NCBI GenBank assembly: GCA_010909165.1
Contig: MU008169.1
Coordinates: 806,001 to 870,000, forward strand
Source: Anthoceros angustus
Taxonomy: Eukaryota; Plantae; Anthocerotophyta
DNA: 64,000 nt
Direction: 5' to 3'
The notes under the pieces were generated by a model, which saw nothing but the letters and a program-made list of their open reading frames with translations, was not told the origin of the DNA and made no database searches. A program made the position numbers and the translations under genes. Numbering within the stretch: position 1 is the stretch's first letter; every line of letters begins with the position of its first letter. Below, in pieces: positions 36,621-51,388 of this stretch.

Positions 36621-38419
36621 TGAGTGACTTTAGCCTGTTCAGGTTCTGACCTACAAGGGCCTAGGAACCTGAGTCACGTCGACTTTGGCCTCTTGGTGAT
36701 CTCAATGCTATAATAGAGAAGGCAATGCTGCTGAGTGCTCTGGTGCTTTGGTTAAGTGGGGTTTAAAGACAATTGGGGAGCTCTGGAACCTCTTGTTGCT
36801 GTTATACTTCTTGAGGGATGCTGCCATGGGCAGGTGTGGCCATGGTATCAGCTGAGGAGGTCACATGCACTACCCCTAGGCATTCAGACCAACTCCTAGA
36901 ACTTGGAAGCTTGAACTCGGTATAAGCGGTGAGCTCACGTGACGGTACTGACACTCGGACTGTTTTTCAGATGTCGGTTGAACCTGCCCGGCCCTTGCAT
37001 CGTGCATCGTAAATTTGGGCGGAACACATTTTGTGCTGGATGTGGTGTTCCCGCTAAAGTTCGTGAATCACTTCTGTTCCGTTTCTGGAATCTTTTGAAA
37101 GTGAGTGAACTGGATCACACCTTGGGGTGCGTCTGAGCTAAGTTTTGCTTGTGAGGTACCAGCATGAGGCATTTTACCCTATCTTGACGGTGGCACGTAT
37201 CAACCTGCACCTGAGCTCGCAATGTTGCTTGCTAACCTTCCCTTCTCCTCGACTCCCATCCTTGTTGCCTGTGGCAGACATCAACAGGAGGTTTTGAAGC
37301 AGCGGAAGCAGTTATCCGTTACAATGCTCGTCCCAAGGACACCAGCTTATTTGGCACGTGTTGACAATGACATCCAATGGCCGCACTGCAATGCAGGATT
37401 TAACCCCGGAATTTCCACGCCTTTTAACTTACCACATGGTGTCAGGTCCGGCGCCAAGGACATTACTTCTTGTTGCCATTGCGCGTTCTCTGCTGCACTG
37501 TGGCCCATCTGCTGCTTCTGTCGAGATCTGCTGCCCCAGCTCGCTCGATTGCTCTTGCGTTGCACCAGTGCAGCTCCTGATCTTGCTCTTGCTCTTACTC
37601 TTGTGCCTCCTGAGGCTGCAGGCCTGGGCTGTAATTGCTGCCCAGAGCTGCCGATTGTGACTGCTCAGACACCTGGCTCTCACTGCTCCATTTTCTTGCT
37701 TCCGCTTGTGTGCTGGATTGTGGGTTGCCTTTTTACCCTGCTTGGCTTCTTGCTTCCGCTTGTGTGCTGTCCAGATTGTGGGTTGCTTATTTCTTATCCA
37801 GTCTGTTTTCTTGCTTCCGCTTCTGTGCTGGATTGTGGGTTGCTTATTTCTTTCCTACTTGTCACAAGGCAATCCTTCCTGTTGTGCAAATTCTATGCTC
37901 CCAGGTCCGGGGTGGTGTTTTTGTACCTGCCAGTGTCTCCTCGTTTTGGCTGTGCCTTCTCTCTTCCTGCCTTGCTGTCGGTTTTCTGCTGGGTAGGGAG
38001 GAGTTTGTCTATAAGGGAAGGGAGGGATCTGTGGGAGGTTGGGTCCAGATGCATTACCATTCCTGGAGCCAGCCTCAGGGTATTTGCACGGGGCTCATGG
38101 ATTTGTCCTCCTCCTCCTCATGTCATCACCTGCCCTTGCTCAGGGAATCAGCAGGCTGGCCAGGCCTGGACCCCGGCGCCTGCAATGCAGGGGCTGCTGC
38201 CAGCAAGATAGACGATCAGCCAGACCTGGACGTGGCGCTGTGGGACACAACAGGATTGACTGGTGCGTGCATTTCTCAGCCTGTTGATTTGGCTTTTTGT
38301 TCAGGCCAGGTGGTGAGCAGGGCTGACTCAGTTGCTTGAGCAGGTTCGAGAGCAGGGACGGAAGAGGTCTCACGAAGGTGGAATTGATCACCTGAGAAAG
38401 AAATTAAGACTTGCCAGAA

Positions 38420-39545
38420 TTTCAGGGGTGTGAGCGGCTGCGGCAATTTAACCTTCCTCCTGTGACCATTTCTGTACCTTGCCCTGGAACCCTGCAGCCT
38501 GGTAGTGTTGTTCGTGCCCCAGAGGTTATCTGCTTAGATGATGAATATGAGCCTTCTGTTTCAATGCCCAGAGTGTCCCTTTGTCCTTTAGAAACAATCT
38601 GCCCAAGCTTGATGAGGCATCCCAGCCAGCTCCTCAATGTCGTCGTTTGGACCATCCAACACTCTCTGTGGGTAATGACGGGAGGACGCCCTCAGCAGTC
38701 CCGCAGGCCAGAGTGGATGCACCTGGGAAGGACTCAGATTCCCCTACTTCCGCCTTACAAATTCAGAGCTCTGGGCTGGCATGTCCGGACCACAGTCATG
38801 AGTATACTGGACCTGTTCCGTTGTCCTCTCCGGGCTGGAGGACCTCATCCCAGGTTGTGCCTGACAGTATTCCTCCAACATCAATCCACCCGCCAAGCAG
38901 CCCTGTCAGCCTGGGTGCTCAGAACCTTGTCCCTCTGGGCCGGTCTGAGGCTCAGTGCAGAGTCGCTTTCCGGGTCCACGAGCATGCTATTCCGCTCCTG
39001 ACTGGCCGTGGTGAGTTTCCGTCCGTTGGAGGTTTCATGATGCTTTGCACTTTGGCCGCAGTGCTCAGGATCCTTTGCTTGTCAGAAATAGTCAGCCAAA
39101 CCGGGTACCTCCTGATGACAGTATAGAGGAGCTGTAGCCAGTCCAATGACGCAGCTCTCTCTGGAAGGTTCTCAAGGTTCTGCAGGCGGGCCTCTTGCTG
39201 CACAGGAGGTGCAGGTTGGAATGGGGTCAGCTGAAGCCAACACCACGGGTCAGGCAAAGGTGAAGGGCTTAGCCCGAGCCAGTGTTCAGTCCAGGCTCCA
39301 AGTTTGGAGGCTCAGACTAAATCTCCAACCAAGGGTCCGAGACTCCAGACCCAGTCCGAGTCCAGGCTCCAACTTTCCTCCACCCAAGACCTTCCTTCCT
39401 GACGAGGAAAGGACAGATGTATTAGAGAGCACAGATATGTCAGACACAGAGACCAAGGCCAAGGCCATAGAAGATGAGATGGCACAACTCTGGAGAGACG
39501 CTGCGTTGGTTGAAGCGCTTGGAAAGGTAACAGCAACTTTGCTTT
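38420..39545 (+). pseudogene. CLSY/DRD1-like 5' exon copy
   Basis: Paralogous to 21620-22480 and 41050-42160; ends AIEDEMAQLWRDAALVEALGK|GTAAC. Confidence 0.8.
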
Positions 39546-39844
39546 GGTTCTGCTCTGCTACGCTACCACAGGCATCCAGCACGTGCACTTCTATGTCAAC
39601 CACTTTTCGTGCCCAATCTACCAGGCTTCTGACAGCTAACAGCACCTCTTGGTTTAAACCTCAAGTCAAAGGTACTCTGATCCTCAACACTGGAGTGAGT
39701 GTATGGACTGGTTTCATGGTGACTTGCGTACAGTATGCCCCATTTTGTTGTAGAGGGCCAATGCCGAGGCTAAATGCTGGCCAAGGTGGCCCGTTTTGCG
39801 CCTCGTGGCAAACGGGCTGGTCAGACTACCGAGTCCTTGCTATG

Positions 39845-40650
39845 CACCCAGCAATCAGGGTATTCCATGGCACCACATCCTTTTGGTCAAGCTGTGAAAA
39901 ACCAGACGTGCAAACCACGTTTTGCATACATGTCCTGGACACCGGGCAGTTGCCAACACAACATTAACCAGCAGTCGCCTTTCCACAATCTGTGAGTGCA
40001 GCTGCGTCCCCTTCTGGTTGGCTCCGGTGATTGTTCAGGTCTTCAGGACAGAGGCAAAAGTGACATGCTCAACCAAAACGAGGCCCTCCTGCTCCATTTG
40101 TTCATACGCAACAAGTGCCTCATTTCCTAGCCCTTGTTGGGCATACCCAGCAATCAGCACTGTCTACGCCACCACATCCTTTGTGGCCAAGCTTTCAAAA
40201 GCCTGGCGTGCATCTTCCAGTTCACCACCATACATGTCCACCAGGCAGGTGGCCACCAGGACATCATCCAGCAATTCTCTTTGGACAAGCTATGAATGTG
40301 GCTGCCTGCACTTCTGGAAGGCACCAGTTTTGCACCAGCCTTCACAAGGCAAGCAAACATGGTAAAACCAGGCCTTCCTGCTTCATTTGTCCATACACAA
40401 CAAGTTACTCATGTCCGAGGGGGCCTTGCTGAGAAAACCCAGCAGTCAGCGAGGTCCATGTCACCACGTCCTTCGTGGCACAGCTGTCAGGAACCTGGCG
40501 TGGTTGTTTCAGTTCAAAGCATTTTGCATATATATGCCCACCAGGCAGTTACCCACCAATATATTATCTAGTTGTCCTCTTTCGACAATCTGTGAGTGCA
40601 GCCCGTGCCCTTCTGTAAGGTACCAATCCCTGCACAGGCCTTCATAGGCC
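39845..40650 (-). pseudogene. PLS-class PPR pseudogene fragment
   Basis: EGHGLHSQIVERGQLDNILVGNCLVGIY; LVDMYGGELEDARQAFESL; LIAGYAQQGLGNEALVAYEQMEQEG. Confidence 0.88.
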
Positions 40651-40664
40651 AAGCAAAACCTCTT

Positions 40665-40935
40665 ATTGTTAAAGCCTGTCCAGATGTTTCGGGTGAAAGA
40701 AATCATCAGTGAAAAATCATGAGCACACCTACTTGGTCCCTTAATTCCTGGGATCCCTGTTATCAACGATGCCTTCATGAAGCTTACACTTGCAACTTCT
40801 ACCGCTGCACTGTGGTGAACTGGCCACCACGTTCATGCAAAGGCTATTGTTTGGATGAACAACAAGGTCGAGAAAAGTGCTAAAGAGACTTCAACTCATC
40901 ACCTTCTAGAGGGTCTACATAAGAAGTTAGATTTT
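40665..40935 (-). pseudogene. Scrambled antisense CLSY/DRD1-like pieces
   Basis: Reverse complement resembles the C-terminal relic at 2755-2850 and the mid-helicase segment (GTGCAGCGGTAGAAG; AATCTAACT..GTAGAC..GAAGGTGATGAG). Confidence 0.7.
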
Positions 40936-41049
40936 TAATGTTTAATATACCCAAATTGCTAGTGTGGTGATCTTTAGTCCTCTTTATGAAAGCATTCTTG
41001 GACTTCCATTTTTTTCTTTTGAGAAAAAATTAAGACTTGTAGGTGGGTT

Positions 41050-42551
41050 CCTGGGGTGTGAGCGGCTGCGGCAATTTAACCTTCCTCCTGTAACCATTTC
41101 TGTACCTTGCCCTGGATCCCTGCAGCCTGGTAGTGTTTGTGCCCCAGAGATTATCTGCTTAGATGATGAAGATGAGCCTTCCTGTTTCAATGCCCAGAGT
41201 GTCCCTTTGTCCTTTAGAAACAATCTGCCCAAGCTTGATGAGGCATCCCAGCCAGCTCCTCAATGTCGTCGTTTGGACCATCCAACACTCTCTGTGGGTA
41301 ATGACGGGAGGACGCCCTCAGCAGTCCCGCAGGCGGAGTGGATGCACCTGGGAAGGACTCAGATTCCCCTACTTCCGCCTTACAAATTCAGAGCTCTGGG
41401 CTGGCATGTCCGGACCACAGTCAAGTATACTGCTGGACCTGTTCCGTTGTCCTCTCCGGGCTGGAGGACCTCATCCCAGTGATTGTGCCTGACAGTATTC
41501 CTCCAACATCAATCCACCCGCCAAGCAGCGCTGTCAGCCTGGGTGCTCAGAACCTTGTCCTCTGGAGCCGGTTCATGCTGAGCCCTCAGTGCACAGAGTC
41601 GCTTTCCGGGTCCACGAGCATGCTATTCCGCTCCTGACTGGCCGTGGTGAATTTTCCGTCCGTTGGAGGTTTCATGATGCTTTGCACTTTGGCCGCAGTG
41701 CTCAGGATCCTTTGCTTGTCAGAAATAGTCAGCCAAACCGGGTACCTCCTGATGACAGTATAGAGCTGTAGCCAGTCCAATGACGCAGCTCTCTCTGGAA
41801 GGTTCTCAAGGTTCTGCAGGCGGGCTCTTGCTGCTGTACAGGAGGTGCAGGTTGGAATGGGGTCAGCTGAAGCCAACACCACGGGTCAGGCAAAGGTGAA
41901 GGGCTTAGCCTGAGCCAGTGTTCCAGTCCAGGCTCCAAGTTTGGAGGCTCAGACTAAATCTCCAACCAAGGGTCCGAAGACTCCAGACCCAGTCCGAGTC
42001 CAGGCTCCAACTTTCCTCCAAGACCTTCCTGACGAGGAAAGGACATATGTATCAGAGAGCACAGATATGGACAGAGAGCCAAGGCCATGGAAGATGAGAT
42101 GGCACAACTCTGGAGAGACGCTGCGTTGGTTGAAGCGCTTGGAAAGGTAACAGCAACTTTGCTTTGGTTACCTTTGAGTAGCACATTCTGAAAACCGCGT
42201 TTGCTGAACTATTCATAACGGTGAACGTGCATTGTTGTCAGCCTGCACCTATTGAAACGGAGCAACAGCAGAAACCGGTCGGCTGTATACATGACTATGA
42301 ACGAAATTCAGAATGTGGCCAAGTCTGCTCTCTCTATGGTCATGTGAAAGCTGCTATGAGTGTGGAGCTCTTCGCTCCCCTCCGGACTGTAAGCACTACT
42401 GTTGCCCATTCGTTTGAAAGTTTGCATATCCTGCGTCTGTGAGCTTCAATTAGACATCTTTTGTGGAGGTGCTTCACTCTGTTTGAAGGAGTTTGTGGCC
42501 ATGTCTGCAGGCCAAGGGAAGACAAAAACGCAGCGATGAGCATGAGGATTT
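41050..42551 (+). pseudogene. 5' half of the young CLSY/DRD1-like gene (introns 42147-42241 and 42389-42510)
   Basis: Phase-0 GT..AG introns join ..ALGK|PAPIETEQQQKPVGCIHDYERNSECGQVCSLYGHV..APLRT|AKGRQKR; 42461-42551 is identical to 58330-58420. Confidence 0.8.
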
Positions 42552-42629
42552 TGGTGGCGTCGAGGTTCATGGACATGTGTCCACAAAGCCGAGCTCTGCA
42601 GATGAATTATGGAAACTCCGAGTCACAAA

Positions 42630-43140
42630 CACCACGCTTTCAAAATATTTTCAAGCCATAGTTTCCTATGTGTCTTCCGTTCTAAGTCATCATTTCTCTT
42701 CCTTGTGCTCTAGCTCCATTCGCTTCCACAAACTCTCCTGTCATTCCCCAAGAAGTCTAACTTCACAAAGCTTAGCATATGGTACAACTTCATCAAGGTA
42801 CTCTAAATAAAGCGCACTTAGATCACCATGTTCGATGTTTGAACCTTCTTCAAGCCTACAAGCATTTGGTATTCTCGAGCGAACAAAATGTCCCGCATCT
42901 AGGACTATCAATCAAGAGTCTCCAAAGATTTCAAGTTTGTCATGTTGTGTTCCCTCTCTGCGGATAATATGGCTAATAATGTTGTAGCCAACTATCAGGA
43001 CACTTTTCTCATCCTCCCCTAGATGGAGAATTGCTCTATGTTGTTTTTTTTCCACATTTTTTATCTCATCAAACTTATCAATTATAGTAAGAATTTTGAT
43101 TCACCCACTTCTCATCTCCCTAAACTCATCCTTTGAGGGT
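42630..43140 (-). pseudogene. Old antisense CLSY/DRD1-like ATPase fragment
   Basis: Reverse complement resembles 4430-4800 and 58710-59250. Confidence 0.75.
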
Positions 43141-45204
43141 TCCAGGATCACTTAAAAAGTTTATCGATAGATATTTGTTACTATAAAACTATGTACATTC
43201 AATATATTTTTATTTTAATAATTTTATATAATGAATAGAGTTAGTGAGAGAACCGGACAAAATTGGAAGATTCAAACATTCACCTATTCAATGAGCTATT
43301 TGTTTGGATATTTAAAATATTTCAATTACTAGATATCAATATTATAAATATTTAAAGCCTATATTTGAGTCCTCCCTTCAAGGAATGACATCTAAACATG
43401 AGTTTATTTTTTTCGTGAAATAATATTTACAACAAGAATTCTGCAAGAGGATTTATGAGAGCGAATCCTAAGTTGGGTTTCCATATCGGACAAGAGAGGC
43501 AGGAAGAAAGTCTTCGCCTCGGCCCTCGCAACTCCGACTGGGCCAACTTGATTGGTTACCTTTGATTTTACGCAAAGCCGCAAGAGAATGTCATGATGGA
43601 TCCTCTAATTTCACTTTGGGTAACGATAGAAGACCGTTGGTATAGCATAGCATTTGTTTGCCTTCAACTTGGAAATATCTAAAGCCTACACATGTATTCG
43701 ATAGAGTACTACAAGTCCAAACTAAAGTTTTGAATCAATATTTTTTTTCTAAGCAAGTAATCACCCAATATTCAAGGTTATGCTATGAACAATTTGACAA
43801 AGAGGACCAGCTTTGTGAGATTCCTAACATATATTCAAGATGCACTAGGTCTCATCCAATTTATATACAAAAGTCATGTCAATGAGATCTTATGTGGCAT
43901 GAGTTTTGTAAATGAAGGCGTGAAAGCTTTGAGCATATAATAAGATATGTTGGAATCTCAACCAAATAGATCTACCATTCTTTTGTCACATTCAAGCACA
44001 ATCTCTAATATTACGGACTTGTTTGTTCGAGATTGAAGAACATGCAATAGAAACTTCAATTTTGACCTGCTTTAGAGATTGAAGAACATGCTATAGAAAC
44101 TTCAATTTTGACTAGTGGTGTCCCGGCCTAATCGAAACCATTGATTGAAGCGACCTTCAAGTAGAGCGTCAAGGAATCTTGAGTCTTCGCAAGGAAAATA
44201 ACAAATTGAGTCACATGATAGCAAGTCCACCATTCGAGAGGAGAAGTTGGAGAAAGTGGTATGTCTTTTGTAATTTACAATTACGTATGATTTAATAAAA
44301 ATAAAGATAATATGATCAAGAAAACAATTAGATTAGAGTGAGTTGGCCCAAAACCACATATGCATTGTATCAAGCTTCGACATGTGATGGGTTCAGTTAA
44401 AGGAAGGCCGGCCTATTTTAAGCTCTTGAAATTTGTGAGTATATTATAGGATAAATATAGCATGCAACCTCTTGAAATTGTAAGTAAGCATACTATAGGA
44501 TAAATACAGCATGAAATCTCTTGAAATTTATGAGTATATCATAGAACAAATATAGCATGCATTCTTAAAGTGATTTTAATAAAATAAAAACGTTTAATAA
44601 TTTTATACACACAATGACCTGTAAATTATTATTTGCACTGGTAATCACGTAGTGCAACAGCGTCATGGACATAAATATTTTGTTGTTGTTGTCCACTACA
44701 CAGATGCGGGTTCGATCCCCGGCAAATGCAACTTGCGTAGGTACTCAAAAGTTCTACAACGTGGCAACCCCTTTATCGATTTCAGATAATAAATCTGGTA
44801 TGCAGTGTTACTTGCTTCCATAAGGCCAGCGATTGAAAGCAGTCGGATCCAGTGCCTTGCGGATCACAGTTAGCGAGCAACCAGCTGAAAAGAACCCTAC
44901 GCACAGGACGAAATATGTGGGGCCTCCTGCTTCCTATGCATAGCGAATGCCCAGCAGGCCATTCCATGCTCAATGGCTTAGCCATAGCTTGCCAGTGCAG
45001 TGCCTGTGACCTTTTCATCAGCTGGTACCAAGCTCGGGCTTCACAGTTAGGGCTGAGGTGAAGGCTGGAACGAGCTGGCCACATCTGCCCATAACAGCAT
45101 CCTCAAGACGCAAGACGTATGACAGCAACAGAGGTTTGGGAGCTCCCATTTTCTTTCAACCTCAATTAACCAAAGCAGCGGAGACGTCAGCATTGCCTTC
45201 AAGG

Positions 45205-46486
45205 CTAAAGTGGACAGTGCCTTCTGGCGATATATAGCCTGTCCAGGTGTCTCCTTACAGCATTGGACTGAAAGAACTCATCTGCACAGTTAACTGGATC
45301 ACTCACTTCCTGGTCGCTGTTGTCAACGATACCTTCAGTCCCGAAGAGATTGACGGATATCCATTCCTTGTCTAAGGCTTGGCGGCGATTTTCTGGCTCG
45401 GTCGTATTTGCTGCAACCAGGTGATACGCAATCACCTTCTTCTCTTGGCCAACGCGGAAAGCCCGGCTCACCGCTTGGCGAGTGACGCTGGGTTAAAGAC
45501 GGGTTCCAACAGTATGATCCTGAGGCTGCAGTAAGGTTTACACCTTCTCCACAAGCCTTGATAGAGGCCAGAAGAACCCTCGAAGGGTCGTTCTTGTCAT
45601 TGAACCTCTTGATGGTACCATTTCTTGGGTGGCTTTCCCATTAACAAGCAGAACTTTGTCTCCCAAGGCCCAGCTCTTGTGCTTTTGTAGGACCTCCTGT
45701 ATATATTCCAGAGGTTTGAGCATACTGCTGAAAATAATAAGCTTCTCTCCTGCCTTGTCGCAAAGAGATAGGATCTGCATAACCCAGCTCCACACCCTTA
45801 CCGGGAGTCGAGGCTGTTCCGTCGAGATCAGGAAACTCAGAGGTGTCCCGGTACTCGTCAGGGCAGAGGGAGAACAGTCACCAATGTTGTACCTGAAGTA
45901 AGGCTAAACTTGGAACTTTTCCGCTGCACTTTGACTGCACTTTTGCCACCAGGTCCGCTTGCAAAGGCTGTAGCTTCAGATGAACAACAAACTCCTGTAG
46001 TCCTGGAAGAGACTTCAGGTCAGCACCTTCATGAGAGTCTACAAAGGAAGTCAGATTTCGAATGTTCTGGATACCCTCATCGATAGCGTCGCTACAAGCA
46101 GTCCTCGTGATAGATTTACATTTGGACTTCCAAAATTCTTCCCACTTTGTCCCATTTGTCTACCATTGCCTGGGTTATCATGCCACCATTGCGCAGTCTG
46201 TCATTCTCCTGCTCCTTCTCCAGTTCCATCCGCTTTTGTGAAAACTCTGGATCATTCCCCAAAAATTCCGGCTTCACAAAACTAAGTATCTGGTATAACT
46301 CCATGAAGTTATTCTGAAATAAAGTGCCACTCAGTATCACCCTGTTCATTGTCTTCACCTTCTTCAAGGCCTGCAGAACATTGGTATCTTCATTGCGTAC
46401 AAAATGTCCTTCATCCAAGACTACCAGATCAGGAGTCCCCACTAGAATATTGCTAAGTTCATCATGTTGTGCTCCTCCTTGTGAAT
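45205..46486 (-). pseudogene. Antisense CLSY/DRD1-like C-terminal two-thirds
   Basis: LVVLDEGHFVRNE..SGTLFQNNF..SRAFRVGQEKKV..RHLDRLYIARRH. Confidence 0.93.
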
Positions 46487-47690
46487 GACATTTTGTACGC
46501 AATGAAGATACCAATGTTCTGCAGGCCTTGAAGAAGGTGAAGACAATGAACAGGGTGATACTGAGTGGCACTTTATTTCAGAATAACTTCATGGAGTTAT
46601 ACCAGATACTTAGTTTTGTGAAGCCGGAATTTTTGGGGAATGATCCAGAGTTTTCACAAAAGCGGATGGAACTGGAGAAGGAGCAGGAGAATGACAGACT
46701 GCGCAATGGTGGCATGATAACCCAGGCAATGGTAGACAAATGGGACAAAGTGGGAAGAATTTTGGAAGTCCAAATGTAAATCTATCACGAGGACTGCTTG
46801 TAGCGACGCTATCGATGAGGGTATCCAGAACATTCGAAATCTGACTTCCTTTGTAGACTCTCATGAAGGTGCTGACCTGAAGTCTCTTCCAGGACTACAG
46901 GAGTTTGTTGTTCATCTGAAGCTACAGCCTTTGCAAGCGGACCTGGTGGCAAAAGTGCAGTCAAAGTGCAGCGGAAAAGTTCCAAGTTTAGCCTTACTTC
47001 AGGTACAACATTGGTGACTGTTCTCCCTCTGCCCTGACGAGTACCGGGACACCTCTGAGTTTCCTGATCTCGACGGAACAGCCTCGACTCCCGGTAAGGG
47101 TGTGGAGCTGGGTTATGCAGATCCTATCTCTTTGCGACAAGGCAGGAGAGAAGCTTATTATTTTCAGCAGTATGCTCAAACCTCTGGAATATATACAGGA
47201 GGTCCTACAAAAGCACAAGAGCTGGGCCTTGGGAGACAAAGTTCTGCTTGTTAATGGAAAGCCACCCAAGAAATGGTACCATCAAGAGGTTCAATGACAA
47301 GAACGACCCTTCGAGGGTTCTTCTGGCCTCTATCAAGGCTTGTGGAGAAGGTGTAAACCTTACTGCAGCCTCAGGATCATACTGTTGGAACCCGTCTTTA
47401 ACCCCAGCGTCACTCGCCAAGCGGTGAGCCGGGCTTTCCGCGTTGGCCAAGAGAAGAAGGTGATTGCGTATCACCTGGTTGCAGCAAATACGACCGAGCC
47501 AGAAAATCGCCGCCAAGCCTTAGACAAGGAATGGATATCCGTCAATCTCTTCGGGACTGAAGGTATCGTTGACAACAGCGACCAGGAAGTGAGTGATCCA
47601 GTTAACTGTGCAGATGAGTTCTTTCAGTCCAATGCTGTAAGGAGACACCTGGACAGGCTATATATCGCCAGAAGGCACTGTCCACTTTAG
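46487..47690 (+). pseudogene. Sense CLSY/DRD1-like fragment (fold-back arm)
   Basis: ORFs 46528, 47100 and 47340. Confidence 0.93.
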
Positions 47691-50060
47691 CCTTGTGGTG
47701 AAGGCAATGCTGACGTCTCCGCTGCTTTGGTTAATTGAGGTTGAAAGAAAATGGGAGCTCCCAAACCTCTGTTGCTGTCATACGTCTTGCGTCTTGAGGA
47801 TGCTGTTATGGGCAGATGTGGCCAGCTCGTTCCAGCCTTCACCTCAGCCCTAACTGTGAAGCCCGAGCTTGGTACCAGCTGATGAAAGGTCACAGGCACT
47901 GCACTGCCAAGCAGACCAACTCCCTGCTGGAAGGAGCTCAGTACAACCGGTGAGCTCACATGAATTTGACTGGACTTGCACTCAGCCTATTCACAGGCAC
48001 TGCACTGGCAAGCTATGGCTAAGCCATTGAGCATGGAATGGCCTGCTGGGCATTCGCTATGCATAGGAAGCGTGGGGCATGCCTGAGTTGCTGCAGGAGG
48101 AGGCCCCACATATTTCGTCCTGTGCGTAGGGTTCTTTTCAGCTGGTTGCTCGCTAACTGTGATCCGCAAGGCACTGGATCCGACTGCTTTCAATCGCTGG
48201 CCTTATGGAAGCAAGTAACACTGCATACCAGATTTATTATCTGAAATCGATAAAGGGGTTGCCACGTTGTAGAACTTTTGAGTACGCAAGTTGCATTGGC
48301 CGAATCGAACCCCGGACATTGTGTGTACATTGTTCTAGTGGACATTGTTCTACAACAACAACAACAACAACTTTATTTATACAACAACAACAACTTTATT
48401 TATGTCCATGACGCTGTTGCACTACGTGATTACCAGTGCAAATAATAATTTACAGGTCATTGTGTGTATAAAATTATTAAACGTTTTTATTTTATTAAAA
48501 TCACTTTAAGAATGCATGCTATATTTGTTCTATGATATACTCATAAATTTCAAGAGATTTCATGCTGTATTTATCCTATAGTATGCTTACTTACAATTTC
48601 AAGAGGTTGCATGCTATATTTATCCTATAATATACTCACAAATTTCAAGAGCTTAAAATAGGCCGGCCTTCCTTTAACTGAACCCATCACATGTCGAAGC
48701 TTGATACAATGCATATGTGGTTTTGGGCCAACTCACTCTAATCTAATTGTTTTCTTGATCATATTATCTTTATTTTATTAAATCATACGTAATTGTAAAT
48801 TACAAAAGACATACCACTTTCTCCAACTTCTCCTCTCGAATGGTGGACTTGCTATCATGTGACTCAATTTGTTATTTTCCTTGCGAAGACTCAAGATTCC
48901 TTGACGCTCTACTTGAAGGTCGCTTCAATCAATGGTTTCGATTAGGCCGGGACACCACTAGTCAAAATTGAAGTTTCTATAGCATGTTCTTCAATCTCTA
49001 AAGCAGGTCAAAATTGAAGTTTCTATTGCATGTTCTTCAATCTCGAACAAACAAGTCCGTAATATTAGAGATTGTGCTTGAATGTGACAAAAGAATGGTA
49101 GATCTATTTGGTTGAGATTCCAACATATCTTATTATATGCTCAAAGCTTTCACGCCTTCATTTACAAAACTCATGCCACATAAGATCTCATTGACATGAC
49201 TTTTGTATATAAATTGGATGAGACCTAGTGCATCTTGAATATATGTTAGGAATCTCACAAAGCTGGTCCTCTTTGTCAAATTGTTCATAGCATAACCTTG
49301 AATATTGGGTGATTACTTGCTTAGAAAAAAAATATTGATTCAAAACTTTAGTTTGGACTTGTAGTACTCTATCGAATACATGTGTAGGCTTTAGATATTT
49401 CCAAGTTGAAGGCAAACAAATGCTATGCTATACCAACGGTCTTCTATCGTTACCCAAAGTGAAATTAGAGGATCCATCATGACATTCTCTTGCGGCTTTG
49501 CGTAAAATCAAAGGTAAACCAATCAAGTTGGCCCAGTCGGAGTTGCGAGGGCCGAGGCGAAGACTTTCTTCCTGCCTCTCTTGTCCGATATGGAAACCCA
49601 ACTTAGGATTCGCTCTCATAAATCCTCTTGCAGAATTCTTGTTGTAAATATTATTTCACGAAAAAAATAAACTCATGTTTAGATGTCATTCCTTGAAGGG
49701 AGGACTCAAATATAGGCTTTAAATATTTATAATATTGATATCTAGTAATTGAAATATTTTAAATATCCAAACAAATAGCTCATTGAATAGGTGAATGTTT
49801 GAATCTTCCAATTTTGTCCGGTTCTCTCACTAACTCTATTCATTATATAAAATTATTAAAATAAAAATATATTGAATGTACATAGTTTTATAGTAACAAA
49901 TATCTATCGATAAACTTTTTAAGTGATCGGAACCCTCAAAGGATGAGTTTAGGGAGATGAGAAGTGGGTGAATCAAAATTCTTACTATAATTGATAAGTT
50001 TGATGAGATAAAAAATGTGGAAAAAAAACAACATAGAGCAATTCTCCATCTAGGGAGGAT

Positions 50061-51388
50061 GAGAAAAGTGTCTTGATCGTTAGCTACAACATCGCTAGCC
50101 GGATCATTCACAAGGAGGGAGCCCAGCATGATGAACTTAGCAATATTCTAGTGGGGACTCCTGATCTGGTAGTCTTGGATGAAGGACATTTTGTACGCAA
50201 CGAAGATACCAATGTCCTGCAGGCCTTGAAGAAGGTGAAGACAATGAACAGGGTGATACTGAGTGGCACTTTATTTCAGAATAACTTCATGGAGTTATAC
50301 CAGATACTTAGTTTCGTGAAGCCGGAATTTTTGGGGAATGATCCAGGGTTTTCACAAAAGCGGATGGAACTGGAGAAGGAGCAGGAGAATGACAGACTGC
50401 GCAATGGTGGCATGATAACCCAGGCAATGGTAGACAAATGGGACAAAGTGGGAAGAATTTTGGAAGTCCAAATGTAAATCTATCACGAGGACTGCATGCG
50501 ACGCTATCCATGAGGGTATCCAGAACATTCGAAATCTGACTTCCTTTGTAGACTCTCATGAAGGTGCTGACCTGAAGTCTCTTCCAGGACTACAGGAGTT
50601 TGTTGTTCATCTGAAGCTACAGCCTTTGCAAGCGGACCTGGTGGCAAAAGTGCAGTCAAAGTGTGGCGGTAAAAGTTCCAAGTTTAGCCTCACATCAGGT
50701 ACAACATTGGTGACTGTTCACCCGTCTCTCTGTCCTGACGAATACCAGGACACCTCTGAGTTTCCTGATCTCGACGGAACAGCCTCGACTCCCGGTAAGG
50801 GTGTGAAAGCTGATTTCGTTTGGAGATCCTATCTCTTTGTGACAAGGCAGGAGAAAAGCTTATTATTTTCAGCAGTATGCTCAAACCTCTGGAATATATA
50901 CAGGAGGTGCTACAAAAGCACAAGAGCTGGGCCTCGGGAGACAAAGTTCTGCTTGTTAATGGCAAAGCCACCCTAAGAAATGGTACCATCAAGAGGTTCA
51001 ATGACAAGAACGACCCTTCGAGGGTTCTTCTGGCCTCTATCAAGGCTTGTGGAGAAGGTGTAAACCTTACTGCAGCCTCAGGATTATACTGTTGGAACCC
51101 GTCTTTAACCCCAGCGTCACTCGCCAAGCGGTGAGCCGGGCTTTCCGCGTTGGCCAAGAGAAGAAGGTGATTGCGTATCACCTGGTTGCAGCAAATACGA
51201 CCGAGCCAGAAAATCGCCGCCAAGCCTTAGACAAGGAATGGATATCCGTCAATCTCTTCGGGACTGAAGGTATCGTTGACAACAGCGACCAGGAAGTGAG
51301 TGATCCAGTTAACTGTGCAGATGAGTTCTTTCAGTCCAATGCTGTAAGGAGACACCTGGACAGGCTATATATCGCCAGAAGGCACTGA
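50061..51388 (+). pseudogene. Young CLSY/DRD1-like C-terminal two-thirds; with its 3' flank it repeats at 60103-62113
   Basis: ORFs 50073, 50626, 50820 and 51047. Confidence 0.93.

Larger units (their letters stand above)
42999..50072. repeat. Long inverted repeat: arms ~42999-46408 and 46487-50072, 78-bp loop
   Basis: Mirror-image, mostly identical ORFs (43658+/49188-, 46031+/46610-, 45205-/47340+, 44782-/48038+). Confidence 0.96.

Noticed and set aside
20398-38339. Long Cys/Leu-rich plus-strand ORFs (20398, 20682, 20828, 37222, 37635)
   Set aside because: Frames are not conserved between the two copies; they look like antisense shadows of low-complexity sequence
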